From Trichosphaerium sp. ATCC 40318 (Eukaryota > Protista > Tubulinea): 64,000 nt of DNA. The translations under genes were made by a program, and so were the position numbers. The stretch lies in the NCBI GenBank assembly GCA_038496445.1, contig JALMLS010000299.1, positions 124,001 to 188,000 of the forward strand, written 5' to 3'. Shown piece after piece: positions 1 through 13,600 of this stretch (position 1 is its first letter; every line of letters begins with the position of its first letter). The notes beneath the pieces are model-generated. The model made no database searches. It saw only the letters and a list, made by a program, of their open reading frames with translations, and was not told the DNA's origin.

Positions 1-296
1 GGCTTTTTGCGACAAAAAAAACAAAAAAAGAAAGAAAATCATTGGCGTTTTAAAAGCTATGTTCAATAAAAATGTACAGTTGTTAATAATCATCGCGGTC
101 AGTATACAAGAAAGAGAGTGTATAAGATTTAAGGGTTGTCAGTACACTTTAGAACCTCAACACGTTACGGAACGACGAAGCCCTCAAAAGTAATATCATA
201 ATTTTGTACAAAGTTGTTTTAGTTTATTGAAACATTTGTCCTGTTGTTATTTCATTTAGTAACGTTGTTGGTAATTACCCTAGAGTACTCAAGTGT

Positions 297-2689
297 TAAC
301 AACCAGCTAATGTCATAAACTGTTTTATTATGCTTGACGTACGTATTGTTGTTGTTGATAACCTCCAGGTTGTCCTTGCTGAGGAGGCGGTTGACCTTGA
401 CCGTATCCATAAGGTTGCATTTGTCCTTGTTGTTGAGGAGGTTGACCTTATCAAATCAGTCAGAACTTCTTAATTTTAAATCAATGTCTTACCGTAACCT
501 TGTTGCGGAGGATATTGCTGCCTGTTTGTGTTCGCAACATTCGCTACAGAAAAGAGTGAACCAAAGCTACTTTGCACACCAACACGTTTTTTTTTTCCTT
601 ATCATACCTTGATAACCTTGTGTATTTAACTGTCCTGCATTATACTGCTGTGGCGGTTGTTGGTAGCCTCCTAGAAAAGAATTCTTTAAGAAAATCAAGC
701 TTCCGTTAGTTCAGTTTTACTTACCTTGTGGTGGTCCGTTGTATCCCTGTTGTGGTGGTCTATTATAACCTTGTTGAGGGCTTCTATATCCCCCCGGTGG
801 GCCTTGGTTGAAACCACCCTGTTGTGGCGGTGGTCTAAAGTTTCCTTGTCCTGGTGGAGGCCCTTGGTGTTGACCTGGAGGAGGTCGGTAGTTTTGTTGA
901 CCTGGTGGAGGACCTTGGTGTTGACGTTGGCCGGGAGGAGGTCCAAAATTACCTCCATGCCCTTGAGGAGGTCCAAAGTTTCCTTGGCCTAGAGGTGGGC
1001 CAAAATTGCCTTGTTGTCGTTGAGGTGGGAAGCTACCTTGACGATTTGGTGCTTGATAATTTTGGCCAGGAGGTTGGCGTTGACCAGGTGGCCCTTGTCC
1101 TGGAGGTGCTCCTTGATGTTGATGACCTGGTGGAGGCCCTTGGTGTTGGCCGGGAGGAGGTCGGAAATTTTGGTGGCCTGGCGGAGGTCCTTGTCCTGGC
1201 GGAGGTCTTTGTCCTGGCGGAGGTCCTTGGAGTTGGCGTTGACCAGGTGGTCCTTGTCCCGGCGGAGGTCCTTGCCGGTGGCCAGGTGGTGGCTGGGAGC
1301 CTTGTGGAGGTGGTCTAAAGTTTTGCTGGTTTGGAGGTGGTCCATTATCTGTGTAATGCGTAAGATTTAAAAAAAGTGTATAAATGGTTAGCTTACTTTG
1401 TTGTGGTGGTTGATAACCAGGCGGATAACCTTCTGGCACATTTGATGCACCTTTAGGTGGATTTTGTCCAGGAGGAGGTGCATTACCCTGTCCTGGTGGA
1501 GGTTCTTGTCCTGGCGGATGTCCTTGTCCTGGCGGAGGTCCTTGACCTTGTGGAGGAGCGCCTTGTGGTGGTTCTTGTCCTTGAGGATTATTCTGTTTTG
1601 GAGGTTCTTGACCTTTCGGAGGTGGGTTACCACCGCTTGGAGGCTTTCCTTCTAGTTGTTTTTGTGGTGCTGCCTTACCAGGCTCACGTCCTCCCTTCTT
1701 TGGTGCTGATTTCTGTGGACCACGTTGCGCAGGACGTTGTGCAGGACGTTGTGAAGGACGGCTTGATTGTTTCTTTGATGCTGCGGATCTTTTTGGTGGA
1801 TTCTTTGTTTTCATATCTTCTGGTGTTATATCCACTATAAAACGGCGTTAATCATTCACCACATACGCAGTGTTATGTGAACGAACCTGCTTCGCTATCT
1901 GGAACGTAAGTTTTCGGATCTGTGCCGAAATTTAGAGCCTAAACTTTTTGTTTAATGTACAATGTCGAGAAACACTATTGCGCACTGTCATTTCTATCGT
2001 CAAGAAGCCAACTTGTTTTTTACCGTGCTCTAGAGCAAGTTTTTTCTTAACTGGAATACCCTCAGGTAACTGTCGTAACCGGTAACGCGCATGCCCGACC
2101 TTTTCCACGCGTTAGATGTGGTTGAAGGCCGTTAAAAAATATATCATACCTCTCGGGCTATACCCACTTGTGGATCGCTTGTTACTGTAACCTAGAGTGT
2201 AATTAAAGACTGGTGTCAATTAGTTTCCAAAATGTATTGGGATACCTTCAACGTTGCTGTATTGGCGTCGTACATTGGCATCTTCCACTGTTTACGATTC
2301 CATTTAGGTGTAGTCGTTAATGCTTTCCATTTACTAGGTGACGTATTAGAAACGCTTCAGCCACGATTTGAGGCTGTGTACTCCGTTTTGTAGGCCTTGC
2401 CCCATTGTTTGCTTTCTCCAACCTGACATTGTCCGCGCAACCAATTATCTTATCAATTAGAGTGGGTTACAACGTTAGAACGGCGCGTACAGTTTTTATT
2501 TAACTTGCAATCTATAAATCTAACTTCTACCTCAGCGAAAACGTCCTCACTGTACACAATTGGCGGTTGCTGCGGTTGTGGAACTTGTTGAACAATTACA
2601 GGTGCTCCATAAGTCTGCACGGGTGCACCTACAACTGTGGTAACAATAGGAGTAGTAGTTACTACTGCAGGAGCGCCGTAGTAGTACAT
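297..2689 (-). CDS. C2-domain protein with long Pro/Gln/Gly-rich (PPPGQG) C-terminal tail; multi-exon, ends approximate
   Basis: Hand splicing of GT-AG introns joins ORF 2453..2689 to C2-like strands (TPKWN, VEVTV, VGHARYRLRQLP, VGFLTIEMT|ALNFG) and then to ORF 717..1835 (PPPGQG/NFRPPP repeats). First and last exons uncertain. Confidence 0.65.
700..1600 (-). repeat. Coding low-complexity repeats (PPPGQG / QGPPPGQ)
   Basis: Repeated ggtccttgtcctggcgga-type units on the + strand; produce many shadow ORFs. Confidence 0.85.
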
Positions 2690-3043
2690 CCTGACTGTAA
2701 TGACAAAACCGTTAGCGAAAAACGGTCAAAGCTAGCTTCAGTCCCGAAAAGGTGTTTTATATTATGTACTAAATCGACAACCATGCGTAATCGAATACGA
2801 ATGGCACCCTGGCATAAAACGTTTGCTGTTTTTGATTAGATCCCACGTGTTAAACATAAATATGTACTGTAGTACGTCAGTTTAACGTATTCTGTTTGTT
2901 GAAAAAAGTCTCAGAACTGTGAAAACCAATGTGTGTTATTGTGGTTATTCCGCAAAATTTCACTTATTTATTGTTAAGGCTAGAAATAAATCCTTTAATT
3001 GGCTACACTCGACGGACGATACTCTTTAATTACATATTCCCCA

Positions 3044-4729
3044 ATGCCGCGAGGTGGAAAGCAGAGACGTGAGACTTTGATACTGTTTAAACTATACCCG
3101 TTCTTACGCTGCCCAAGGTCGTGAGCAACGAAAAAAGCGTCAGGAACCTGATACAAGCGTTACAGAGAAGCAATTCGAGGACTTCTTTAAGAACAAGCCT
3201 GAGGCTGGTTTAGAAGACTCCCTTGACCTACTTTTTGAATCTAGGTAATGTTTAACGCATGTTGTAAAAAGTACTAACCCAAATAGCTACAAATCGAGAG
3301 AACTTGGGTACAGAGCACTTTTGCATCACCTTTCAAAGGCCTTCCATGAGTCTTTCGTTGACACAAGGTACGGAATATTTAATTTTAGTCTGCGTGCGCC
3401 TTAGACTCGATAGTAAACAAACCATCGCAAGCGCAGTGAGAACTAGCTTTCGTAAAGGGAAAAACGGTGAACGATACCTTGCTGCTCGTTCTTTTTCTTT
3501 GACTTGCGTTACCCTCGGTACATCATTTTATTGTACGACCATATCGCGTTTAATAGTATTCAGGTGTTGAGTGTGAGGAGCTGTTTAAAGAAATGAAAGA
3601 GCCGTTAATGAAAATTGTACTAGAACTTACCCAGGACGCTTTAACAGCATCTGCAGTACGTATCGCAATTTATTTTGACTGACTACAAAACTAACGACAC
3701 CATAGTGCATTGATGCCCTTGCATTGACGTGTTTTATTGGTGCCGAAGAAGATGAGGACACTTGGTCCGTATTAACGTTCTTGTACTCCCTATTCGCCAA
3801 GTCTATTCCAAATTACGTCACAGCGGCAATTGATGCGTGGGTATTGCTCTTAACGACCGTCAGTCAGACAAAAGTCGTCAACGACATTTTACCAAAGTGC
3901 GTCTTAACAAATTTTTATTGTAGAAAATATTTTGGTTTGTGAAAAATACGTCATCTTCAAACAATGTTCCCAACATTTTTAGGGCATTACCACGATTATG
4001 TGTACTGTTAGAGAAAGGTAACGTTGACCTCAAGATCGCCGTTGGTGAAGCTATCGCTGTTCTATGTTCAATCTATATGTCCCATACAAAAACAGAGCAA
4101 GAGGTAACAGTTCTCATACTATACTCTACTCATTCTAACTCCTTGTGAAACTAGTCATACGATCCAGAAGTATTTAGTGATTATATTGATATAGATAGTT
4201 TGCTCGATACTCTCAACGACCTTGGAAGCAGCGGACAGAAAAAGTATTTGAGTAAAGGAGATAGACAAAGACAACGACAGTCATTTAAGAATATTCTTGA
4301 TATGGTAGAAGCTGGCTATGAAATAGACCACTCTATGGTTATAAAAGGGCAACCAGTACAGATCAGCGGTTGGTGTCCAGTTAAGCAATTTCAGTTTTTC
4401 AGAAATGTACTCGGTGCTGGTCTTCAATTACATTTTGAGGTACGTCAGTTGCGTCACTGATTGTCAAAATGCTTATTAAAAATAGGAGAACGAATTACTT
4501 TCTGACATCTTTGGTGTTACCTTACACAATACTACTAACTCTCGCATGTCTAAAGTGGAAAAGGTATGCAACAATTTTCTTATTTCTTATTGCAACTGCT
4601 TGATCGTTGACGTTATCGCAGCGAATGTACATGTCTCCGAACTCTGGCGTTAGTAGAGATCGAGCACAACAGCGGAGTTACGATCGTGCGACGAAACGCG
4701 ACCAAAATACACAATTTTTGTATGACTAA
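3044..4729 (+). CDS. IFRD: Interferon-related developmental regulator (IFRD family), multi-exon
   Basis: Spliced product has AAIDAWVLLLT, LKIAVGEAIAVL, KGDRQRQRQSFKNIL, FRNVLGAGLQLHFEENELLSDIFG, typical of IFRD1/2. Confidence 0.85.
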
Positions 4730-5038
4730 AAAGAATTACCTAACAAAACTGTAAACTATCCAATAAACTTTCTATTATAATGTTACCTATACGCAAAGGA
4801 TTTATTGCAACGTACGCGCATAATATCGAATACTACACCTCAGCTCAAACACCCTTGAGACTTGCTTGTTCCACTCGTATTCAAACCAATGGTACTAACA
4901 CGCCTGTATCAAGATTGTACGATGCGCCGGTTCCGCTGGCGAAAGTATTCAGTGATAGTTTGACGAAATTTGCAGAAAGTAAATTTTTGGTCGAAGTTTG
5001 TTGAGACTCACAACAACAACACCCACAACTGCAACAGC

Positions 5039-8000
5039 ATGTCAGGTACCGTATTACACTCAATATAGCTTGTTTTACTATAGTGGTTTAACGTTTAATG
5101 TAGTTTACGCTTGGGGAACTGGTACAAGAGGCCGCTTAGGCACAGGAAACGAAAAGACGCAACTAGATCCAGTCGTACTGGAAGGATTGAAGGGGAAAAA
5201 CATTGTTGAAATTTCATGTGGCGAACAGCACTCTCTAGCGCTTACAGGTGCGTAACGATTCGTTTTACACTTGTTTCGTATTTTTATCTATCCGGGAACA
5301 CTGCTTACGAGGTTAGAGTACGGTACTGTATACAGCTGGGGTCGTGGCACAGAGGGACAACACGGGAACAACAAACGGGAAAAGTTTCAAGTGAAACCTG
5401 ATCGCATACGAACGCTCGCATCTGAAACGATAACCCAAGTATCTTGCGGCGCGCACCACAATCTCGCTCTTACCTGTACGCTAGGCAAAAGCGTAATTTT
5501 AGCGTCTAATAAAACACTAGCGCAAGGAGAGGTATTTCAATGGGGTAAACTACACAGAAACGCAGAGGGTACGATTCAAAGCGAAAAAATACACAGTTTT
5601 TGACGCTTGTATTAGAAGGAGCATATTTTGGTGTCGCTATCGGTTTAGCCGGTATGTCCGATTGGAAACGAAAGATGATTGATCGCTCTCATAAGAAATA
5701 CTATGCTGGTAAGTTATAAAACAGATATCACGTGATTTGATGAGGTGTTCTAAAATATCAACAGGAAGAAACAAAAAAGAAACTGTTGAGGCTGGCGATG
5801 ATAAAGTGACTTACGATAAAGAAATGACTAATTTCGGGCAGTTTAAGGCGTATGTTCAACCAAGCCCAGTGCCAGTAATACCACTACAAAAACACCGCGT
5901 AACAGAAGTAGCAGCTGGTTATTCTTTTAGTATTGCAATAACAGGTAACATAAACTAAACTTCTGAAAAAACTGATTGAAGATAACAATTTTGTTGTTGG
6001 ATGCGCCATTTTCTTACACTTTATTAGATACTGGCAAAGGATACTCTTGGGGATTTAACGACAAATTTCAATTGGGTCTTGGGCATCGCTACAATATCCC
6101 AGAACCTGTCATTATTCCTGGCCTTGAAAGAATGTCACGTGCTTGTTGTGGTCAGCAACATACTGTTTGTATTGATAAAGATGGTAACGGTTGGTCATGG
6201 GTATGTTGACACAAAATGAAATCATGTTCTAGTACTGACATTTTTTCTAGGGACTGAACGTATTTGGTCAGCTCGGACAGGGCAAGATAAAGGATGTTGG
6301 TAGACCACAGCGCATTGAATTTTTCGTTGAAGAAAAAATAAAGTTAAAACAAGTAGCTTGCGGTTCTCATCATACTGTTGCTGTGACTGATGATGGAAGA
6401 ATTTTCTCTTGGGGTAGTTCAGAATATGGTATGCGTTTATAAACTTGTTGGTAATTTTTGGGTCATCATTAACTCTTAATTCAGGTCAACAAGGTGGTAC
6501 CAAAGATGGTATGGATTGGGAAGCGGGTGCTAAGAAAAAACGTACTGGTAAATCCAAAGAAGACGCATACTATTATGCAACACCACGTGAATTAGATGCT
6601 TTTGATGGTAAAAAAGTTGCTACAATATGTTGTGGCGCTTTACATAACGTTGTAACAACAGGTACGAACGATGATAGAAAATCTTAAACAGTAACAAAAA
6701 TTAACTTTTTCTTTGTAGAAAATGGTGAAGTGTACACATGGGGATGGGGTATAAATGGTGCATTGGGCCATGGTAATAGAAAATATAGATTAAGACCTAG
6801 TTGTGTACAAAGATTGAAGGGCGAGCCTCTATCACATGTTGCAGCTGGACCAGTATTTACTTTCGCTGTTACAGGTAACATTTTTTTTCATTCGCCTGTG
6901 TTTCGTTCTTTATCTTATAAAATTGTTTAGCCAAGGGTAACTCTACATTCGCTTTCGACTTTAAACAATATATAAATTCGAAAGAATATAGTGATATTGA
7001 AATTCATGTACAAGGCAAAAAGTTACATGCACATAAGGTAAACGCAATGCGTGATTATACTTATCTTCTCGCACAAAATTTCTTATTTTTTTCCTAGGTG
7101 ATCATATTTAGTCGTTGTCCTAGACTACGTGCGATGTGGTCTATGTACCAACGGTTTTCTCTACATACAGATGAAGTAAGATCGTGGAAACGTATTTTAC
7201 ATACTAATATTTCTCTAGGATCCTTTCGTTATCCCTAACGTTGAATATCGTGTTTTCCTATCATTATTATACTATCTGTACACCGATCATCTCAAAGTCG
7301 CTTCACATCTTGTTGAGAAGCTATCAAACTTAGCAAAAGAGCTCAGATTGCCTCGTTTAGTTGTTCTATGTGAACGTTATTCATTATTCAAAGAATCAGT
7401 TGGTACGCTACTTTTACTTGGTTGTTGTGTCTTTTTGACTTTCTAACTCTTGCCAGGTGGTAACGAAAAGCTACTCATCGGTGTGCCACCTTCTAAATTC
7501 TCAATGGACTTGAGGATGGGTGTCAATGACTCTGACTTTTCAGATGTCACTTTCGGATTATCAGGTATTGTAAATCAGCTTTATCTCCTGTTATCCAAGA
7601 TTAAAAGCTAACTAATGATTAGATGGATCTAAAGTATCAGCACATCGTATTGTATTGGCAGCACGATGCGATTACTTCAGAACTATTTTTGAGTCAAGCT
7701 TTAGAGAAAAAGACTTGGCCTCTATTCCTATGCTTGAAATTCCACAAGATATCTTCCTTGCGCTTCTTTCAACCATATACACCAATGGAACAGAGATAGA
7801 TCCTGATTTGGTTGTACCTGTATTACTAGCAGCTGATCGCTTCCTACTAGATGATTTAAAAGAGGTACGCAAAACGATCGTTTGTACCCTTTGTTTTCTT
7901 TCTTCTATCTTGTTTTCTTATTCTTTTCTTTAGCGACTTGAAAAGTTACTCGAACCAGAATGTACATTAGATACTGTGGCTGATTTGTTATTGATTAGTG

Positions 8001-8261
8001 AACAGTCTTCAAGCCCTAGACTTAAAAAATCCTGTGTAGATTTTATAGTAGCAAACTACGACAAGTTTAAAGGTAAGCAATATCAGAAAAAGAGAGTGTA
8101 ACATACTTACTCATTATTTAGCTACTGAGGGATTAAGTATTTTGCGTGAGGCTTCACCAACAACACTACGTGCTATTGAATTCCTTAATCATAAGCAAAA
8201 ATCTTCTGCAACAGAAAGGGAGGAAAGCGTTGTAAAACAATCAGCAAAAGCAGGTGTGTAA
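5039..8261 (+). CDS. RCC1-repeat + tandem BTB/POZ protein (RCBTB-like), multi-exon
   Basis: Repeated VYAWG..G.LG / SCG..H RCC1 motifs (5100-6870), then two BTB domains (YSDIEIHV..LHAHKVI; FSDVTF..VSAHRIVLAARCDYF). First coding exon is only ATGTCAG. Confidence 0.85.
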
Positions 8262-8517
8262 GATTATTTATAAAAATGTAACAAAGAAACAAAAAACCAA
8301 CGCAAATTCTTCTTGCTTGTACCAATAGAAATGGCTTTTGACAATGACCATGCTGTATCGTTTTTACTTCTTTTACCTTGAGTATGTATACAAGAAGCTT
8401 AATGTAACCTCCTTGCATTGAAGTCAAACAAATGCTAAAACTTAAAAAAACCATCATGTGCGACAAGTACTTGGTAAAGATGCCAGTAGCTTGCTACTGC
8501 AAAATTTTTAATTCTAT

Positions 8518-9300
8518 TTATTTTTCTACAATGACAAAGAATATCCATCTCTGATAATCGCTCCCCATTCTCCCTAAGTCTTTGTTGATATCTGGTACAT
8601 AAAATTGAACACTTTTCTCGTGTGGTATCAGTTTAGCTGCTGAAACAGATCTTTGTAGAACTTCATTACATTTGTGGTATTCTATATCGTCAATATGAAT
8701 AAGGCCAGCGAGACATACAATGTAGTTTTCTTCAGTGTTGATGCTTTCAAAAAAATCTGTAAAATCAGTTACAAGATTTGGTGCATCACCATAGTAGGCA
8801 TAATCTATTTGTCCGTATTCGCGGTATTCTGTTTTTTCTGGAAATTGAGCACGTGTTTGGTCATACCTTTTGCTCTTGACTTCGTTTTGACCAGTCAGAG
8901 CGATATCCGTTGTAAAGTACACGTTACGTTGTAAGTACGCTCCTTTTCTATAAGGTGACTCCATAGTGTCCGCCAACGCTTGAACGTAAGCTTGAGGGTC
9001 TAGAGGAGTAGTGTATCGAGGTATTGAAGCGACTATAAACGAAATAGCTTCAGTACACAGTATTTCCTTGTTTTTATGCGAAAGTAAGCGTAGTATCTTA
9101 TCATACTCCTTTGGAGATAATTTATTGCCTTTGGAAAATTGTAGTGCGATGTATTCATTCGTTTGGCGCTTTAAAAACGAGTCCACGGCATTTAACCACG
9201 AACTAGATACTTGCCTACTTCGATAAAAGTCTTTCCTGCTGTCAAAAGTGGTGTTGTAAAGCTCTTTGAGAACAATAAAGAGAGTATCATAATCAGCCAT
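8518..9300 (-). CDS. Intronless hypothetical protein (~260 aa), possible degenerate N-terminal F-box
   Basis: Uninterrupted ORF; ATG at 9300; N-terminal DTLFIVLKEL...RQVSSSW resembles F-box; rest unrecognised. Confidence 0.55.
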   Translation of the reverse strand: MADYDTLFIVLKELYNTTFDSRKDFYRSRQVSSSWLNAVDSFLKRQTNEYIALQFSKGNKLSPKEYDKILRLLSHKNKEILCTEAISFIVASIPRYTTPLDPQAYVQALADTMESPYRKGAYLQRNVYFTTDIALTGQNEVKSKRYDQTRAQFPEKTEYREYGQIDYAYYGDAPNLVTDFTDFFESINTEENYIVCLAGLIHIDDIEYHKCNEVLQRSVSAAKLIPHEKSVQFYVPDINKDLGRMGSDYQRWIFFVIVEK

Positions 9301-9701
9301 TGTGGATTGCAACGTAGTTAAATGATACGTGATAAGTCAATAACGTTAGTATCAGTGTGTAGCACAAATACAACAAGTTCCAAGTCCAAAAGTGGCATGT
9401 TTTACTTAATTTTCTTATTAAAATACGGGAAACTGCTAGTGTCGAACGTGTTGCTGCTTTGAGATCACTAGAACAGTTATGTTTTGATGCCTAAAACACC
9501 ACGAGGTACAATTGGCCATTCCCCACAAATGAAGCGATGTAAGCATACCAAAAAAAAAAAGAGCAATAACTTTTTCCTCTTTTTTTCTTACTTTACATCT
9601 ATCAGCAGGCCTAAACGAGCTACAACCTCAAAAATGGATTGGACTCAAGAAAAACATATTATTTTTGTACATATGGACAATTACAGAGGAGAGTAATTTT
9701 C

Positions 9702-10325
9702 CTAGTTCTCTAGTTGCTTTAGACTAAGCAAACAATTTTTGAGTGATCTTTTTGATACGTCAGCACCAGGAAACAGCTGTTGAATATGGTCGTATCCAGG
9801 ATAAACACCTTCTTCAGCTAGAGACTTAACAATGGATGCTACAACGAATTGTTTTCTTCTCGCGAAGCGTTGTCGTTGTGCAAGAGATGACTTTTTTGTT
9901 GAAGACCTGAATTTTTTTACGCCATTTTTTTCAGACAGTTGGCTTCTGAAGACTTGTTCCCATTTTTTTTTCGCTTTTAATTCAATAGGAAGTTGCCTAC
10001 TACCCTCATAATATTTACCAAGCGCTTCTTCAATGTCTCGTAGACCTTGATTAAACCATATTTCATCCTCACACAAGTCGTCAAAGGACTGAGCTTGGTA
10101 ATGTATTTTCTTGTATGAAGATGAGTCAGAACGGTATAGATTGTACTCTGGTTCATCAGATATCATTCCTGATTGGGCAATTACACCACAAGATGTGCAT
10201 ACGAGTTCAGCACTTCGAGTTTGAGTGAAGTCTTTACCATCACATTGTGCGCAAGTTCTTGCATTGCGAAGGCTGTTGCGCTTCATCATTTGCTCTAACT
10301 CAATCTGTGTTTTAACAAGAGACAT
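9702..10325 (-). CDS. Intronless, truncated TFIIB-like protein (zinc ribbon + one degenerate cyclin repeat)
   Basis: CAQC...LVCTSCGVIAQSGMISDEPEY matches the TFIIB zinc ribbon; RRKQFVVASIVKSL resembles a cyclin-fold helix; probable ATG at 10325. Confidence 0.7.
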   Translation of the reverse strand: MSLVKTQIELEQMMKRNSLRNARTCAQCDGKDFTQTRSAELVCTSCGVIAQSGMISDEPEYNLYRSDSSSYKKIHYQAQSFDDLCEDEIWFNQGLRDIEEALGKYYEGSRQLPIELKAKKKWEQVFRSQLSEKNGVKKFRSSTKKSSLAQRQRFARRKQFVVASIVKSLAEEGVYPGYDHIQQLFPGADVSKRSLKNCLLSLKQLEN

Positions 10326-10694
10326 GGTGTTATTGAATTTATTTAAGGCTTCTATTAGAAGTTTTTTGGTTGTGAAAATCGAAATTTTAACTTTGTTTGA
10401 TACAAAACGAAAGAAAAAAATTGTGGTTTTGGACATTCTTTTAGTAATATGTTGCAAGCGTGCAAACAACAGAAATGTAGCCTCACATTGGTCGAAACGT
10501 GAATAATGTAAAACAATTACATGAAACTAACTCATTCAACGAAAAATAGTGCACTATTTATCAATATTATTTTTCATTAACTTTTCTGACGGAGAAAAAA
10601 TCTATTGTAGACAATAACTGCTTTTTTTTTTTACATAATTTGTACATTTCTTTTTACCATTAAAACTACCATTACCATGGTACTGGCATCAACT

Positions 10695-13600
10695 TTACTT
10701 TCTAGGTGTATCCCAGTCTGAGCCAGTTCCTGTAACAAGAGGTACCATTGCTAGAAGAATACGTGTTAGGCTTGGAAAGTTTCAAAAAAAAAAAGGAAAA
10801 TTAAAGTACGCACGTCCAAGCTGTGACCCGCCCTGTTGTTTAGCGTAATCAGCAAATCCAGAATACTGGTTACCAAAACCATTATTGCCGGTAAGGTTAC
10901 TACCAAAAGTGGGACCGTTATTTATTGTACCAGCCATTTGTTGTGCATAGTTTGACGCTTGTGTTTGAGATCCAAAAGCACCTGGTTGTCCAAATACAGG
11001 ATCACCAGTTGGATTATTTTGTTGGCCACCTTGTTGGTTAAAACCGTTTCCTTGATTTGGAAAGCCGCCCATATTATTTGAAGGAGCATTTCCGAATGCA
11101 GCGTTGTTCTGAGGTGCTGAGGCAAATGCATTACTGCCTCCCCACCCTTCAGTGCTACCTCCTTGTTGTTGTTGTTGTCCCCATCCGCTGTTATTATTAC
11201 CAAATCCTTGATTGTTATTATTACCAAAGCCTTGATTGTTTTGGCTGGCGTTGTTGAATCCTTGATTGTTATTATTACCGAAACCTTGGTTGTTTTGACT
11301 ACCATTATTCGGGAATCCTTGATTGTTGTTACCAAATCCTTGATTGTTATTATTACCGAATCCTTGATTGTTTTGACCGGCATTGTTATTGAAACCTTGG
11401 GTGTTATTATTACCAAAACCTTGGTTGTTATTTTGACCGCCATTGTTATTGAAACCTTGGTTGTTTTGACCGGCATTATTAAAGCCTGGGTTGTTGTTTT
11501 GACCGCCATTGTTAAAGCCTTGGTTGTTGTTTTGACCACCATTGTTACCAAAACCGGTATTACCGAATCCTCCACCAGTGTTGTTTGTGTTTCCAAAACC
11601 TCCTTGTTGTTGTTGGTTATTTCCAACTCCGCCTTGAGCATTGTACGTCTAAAAAGTCATTGTAAGTATCTACAAGAAAATTATATTTCATTGTACTCCA
11701 TCTGCTGCGTCCTCGTTGTCCGAACTGTGACCTTCAGAAACTGTATCGTCATCAGAAAATTCGCCTACTACATCTGACCCATCGCTTGCACTGAGCGTCG
11801 GTGGCTATTAACAATATATAAGATATTAACACTATGAGGAGTGCGTGTACCTGATACGGTTTTTGTGCTAAAGCTGGATCTGTACCGGATTTAGTGGCTA
11901 CAGGTGGAGCAGTAAAGCCACCACCCACTCCTTGAACTTTCTTAGCAGCTGGGGCACTTGGTGCTGTACTTGGAGAAGCAGTTGGAGATGCAGTTGGAAC
12001 TATAGGTTTAGGTACAACAATCTGCGTGCCAGTTCCGCCAGAGTTTGCGGAAAGATTAAACCCAGTGCTAAGTCCAGTACCAAATCCACCAAATCCAGTT
12101 TTTGGAGCTGTGGTGGCAGGTTTAGGATCTTGTTTCAACAAGGATTTGCGTTTTGGTGCTACCCCTGGGGTTGTAGTTCCAAGTGAAAGACCTCCCAAAG
12201 TAGAACCAGGCGCAGTAGCAGGTACTGTCATAGGTGTAAAAGCAGGTGCTGCTGAAGGCGCAGTGGCAGGTACTGTTGAAGGTGCAGCAGCAGGTACTGT
12301 CGAAGGTGCGGCAGAAGATGTAGTCGTACCACCTAGCGAAAGACCAAAACCAGTAGTAGGTGCTGTAGCACTAGTTGTTCCACCAAGCGAAAGACCTCCA
12401 AAACCAGTGGTAGGCACTGTTGAAGGACCTGTAGAAGATGTTGCAGGTACAGTCGTACCACCAAGCGAAAGACCAAAACCAGTAGTAGGTGCTGTAGCAC
12501 TAGTTGTTCCGCCAAGCGAAAGACCAAAACCAGTAGTAGGCGCTGTAGCACTAGTTGTACCGCCAAGTGAAAGACCAAAACCAGTAGTAGGTGCTGTCGA
12601 AGGTGCGGCAGAAGATGTAGTCGTACCACCTAGCGAAAGACCAAAACCAGTAGTAGGTGCTGTTGAAGGAGCTGCGGCAGGTGCGTTACTTGTAGAGCCA
12701 ACGCCAAATCCTGTGTTATGTGTTGTAGTGGATGGTAGAGTTAAGCCACCACCTGCCTTTGGAACAGTAGTACTTGTAAATCCAAACCCGCCACCAGTGT
12801 TACTAAAATCTATCTTAGGTAATGGCAAGCTGCTTTTTTCTGGTGTTTTAGTAGCAGATGGTGCCACTGCTGTATTGGTTTGTGTAGTTTTTTGCTTTGC
12901 GAGATCAGCCTGTGCGAGTTTAGTCCCCCAATTATCAGTTGTTTTAAGTGGCGTAGAAGCCCCAAATCCAGCTCCCCAAGTAGTCGTAGGTTGTGACGCC
13001 CAAGCAAAACCACCATTACTCTGAGCAGGTTTTGATGCAGGCACAGGTTTAGGTGTAATTGCAATACCAACTGCGTCAGGTTGTGTAGGTTTTGCAGGAG
13101 AAGGTTCAAAGGTATATGAAGTTTTAGGTCGAGGTGTTGTGATAGATGGTGGATCTAAAGAAGCTTCTTCGTCTGAGGAGAAGTCTTCAAAACTATAACT
13201 ATGCGCTTTCTTCTTACTAGGTGTCTCTAATGTACAACAATAAGTAAACTCCAATTCCCAAATTATCAAAGAAACAAAAACCATGACGTACTCTTTTCGT
13301 AAAGTGCATGCTGTCCGGAACTCCTGAGGGAAAGTAAGTTAGCACGAACTGTTTTTATTAAGAAATTTCTACGTACTGTGAAGGTTTGCCTGGAGTTTGT
13401 TGACTTTTATAGCTTGCTTGTAGCCTATTTGTACTTTTCGCCAGCTGCTGCAATTGCAAGTGCCACGAGTTCAGTGATTTCTCTGGAACTCGCTTATACT
13501 TCTTACGAGGTGTTCTAGGTGAAGCCCCACTGCCAGGTCCAGGACCATTGCCACCGCCATTGCCACCGCTACCATAACTGCCACGGGAAGCACTTCTAGG

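Noticed and set aside
2192-2245. Minus-strand intron starting GTATCCCA as a second U12 candidate
   Set aside because: Lacks TT at +7/+8 and has only a weak branch match (TCTTTAAT); also carries a U2-like CTAAT.
11180-12665. Regularly spaced repeats that could be taken for a CRISPR array
   Set aside because: In-frame FG-nucleoporin coding repeats with synonymous variation; no unique spacers or cas genes; eukaryotic context.
12026-13024. 332-aa + strand ORF (also 854..1318, 11163..11777, 14705..15256, 20228..20575)
   Set aside because: Antisense shadows of repetitive, codon-biased exons on the other strand.
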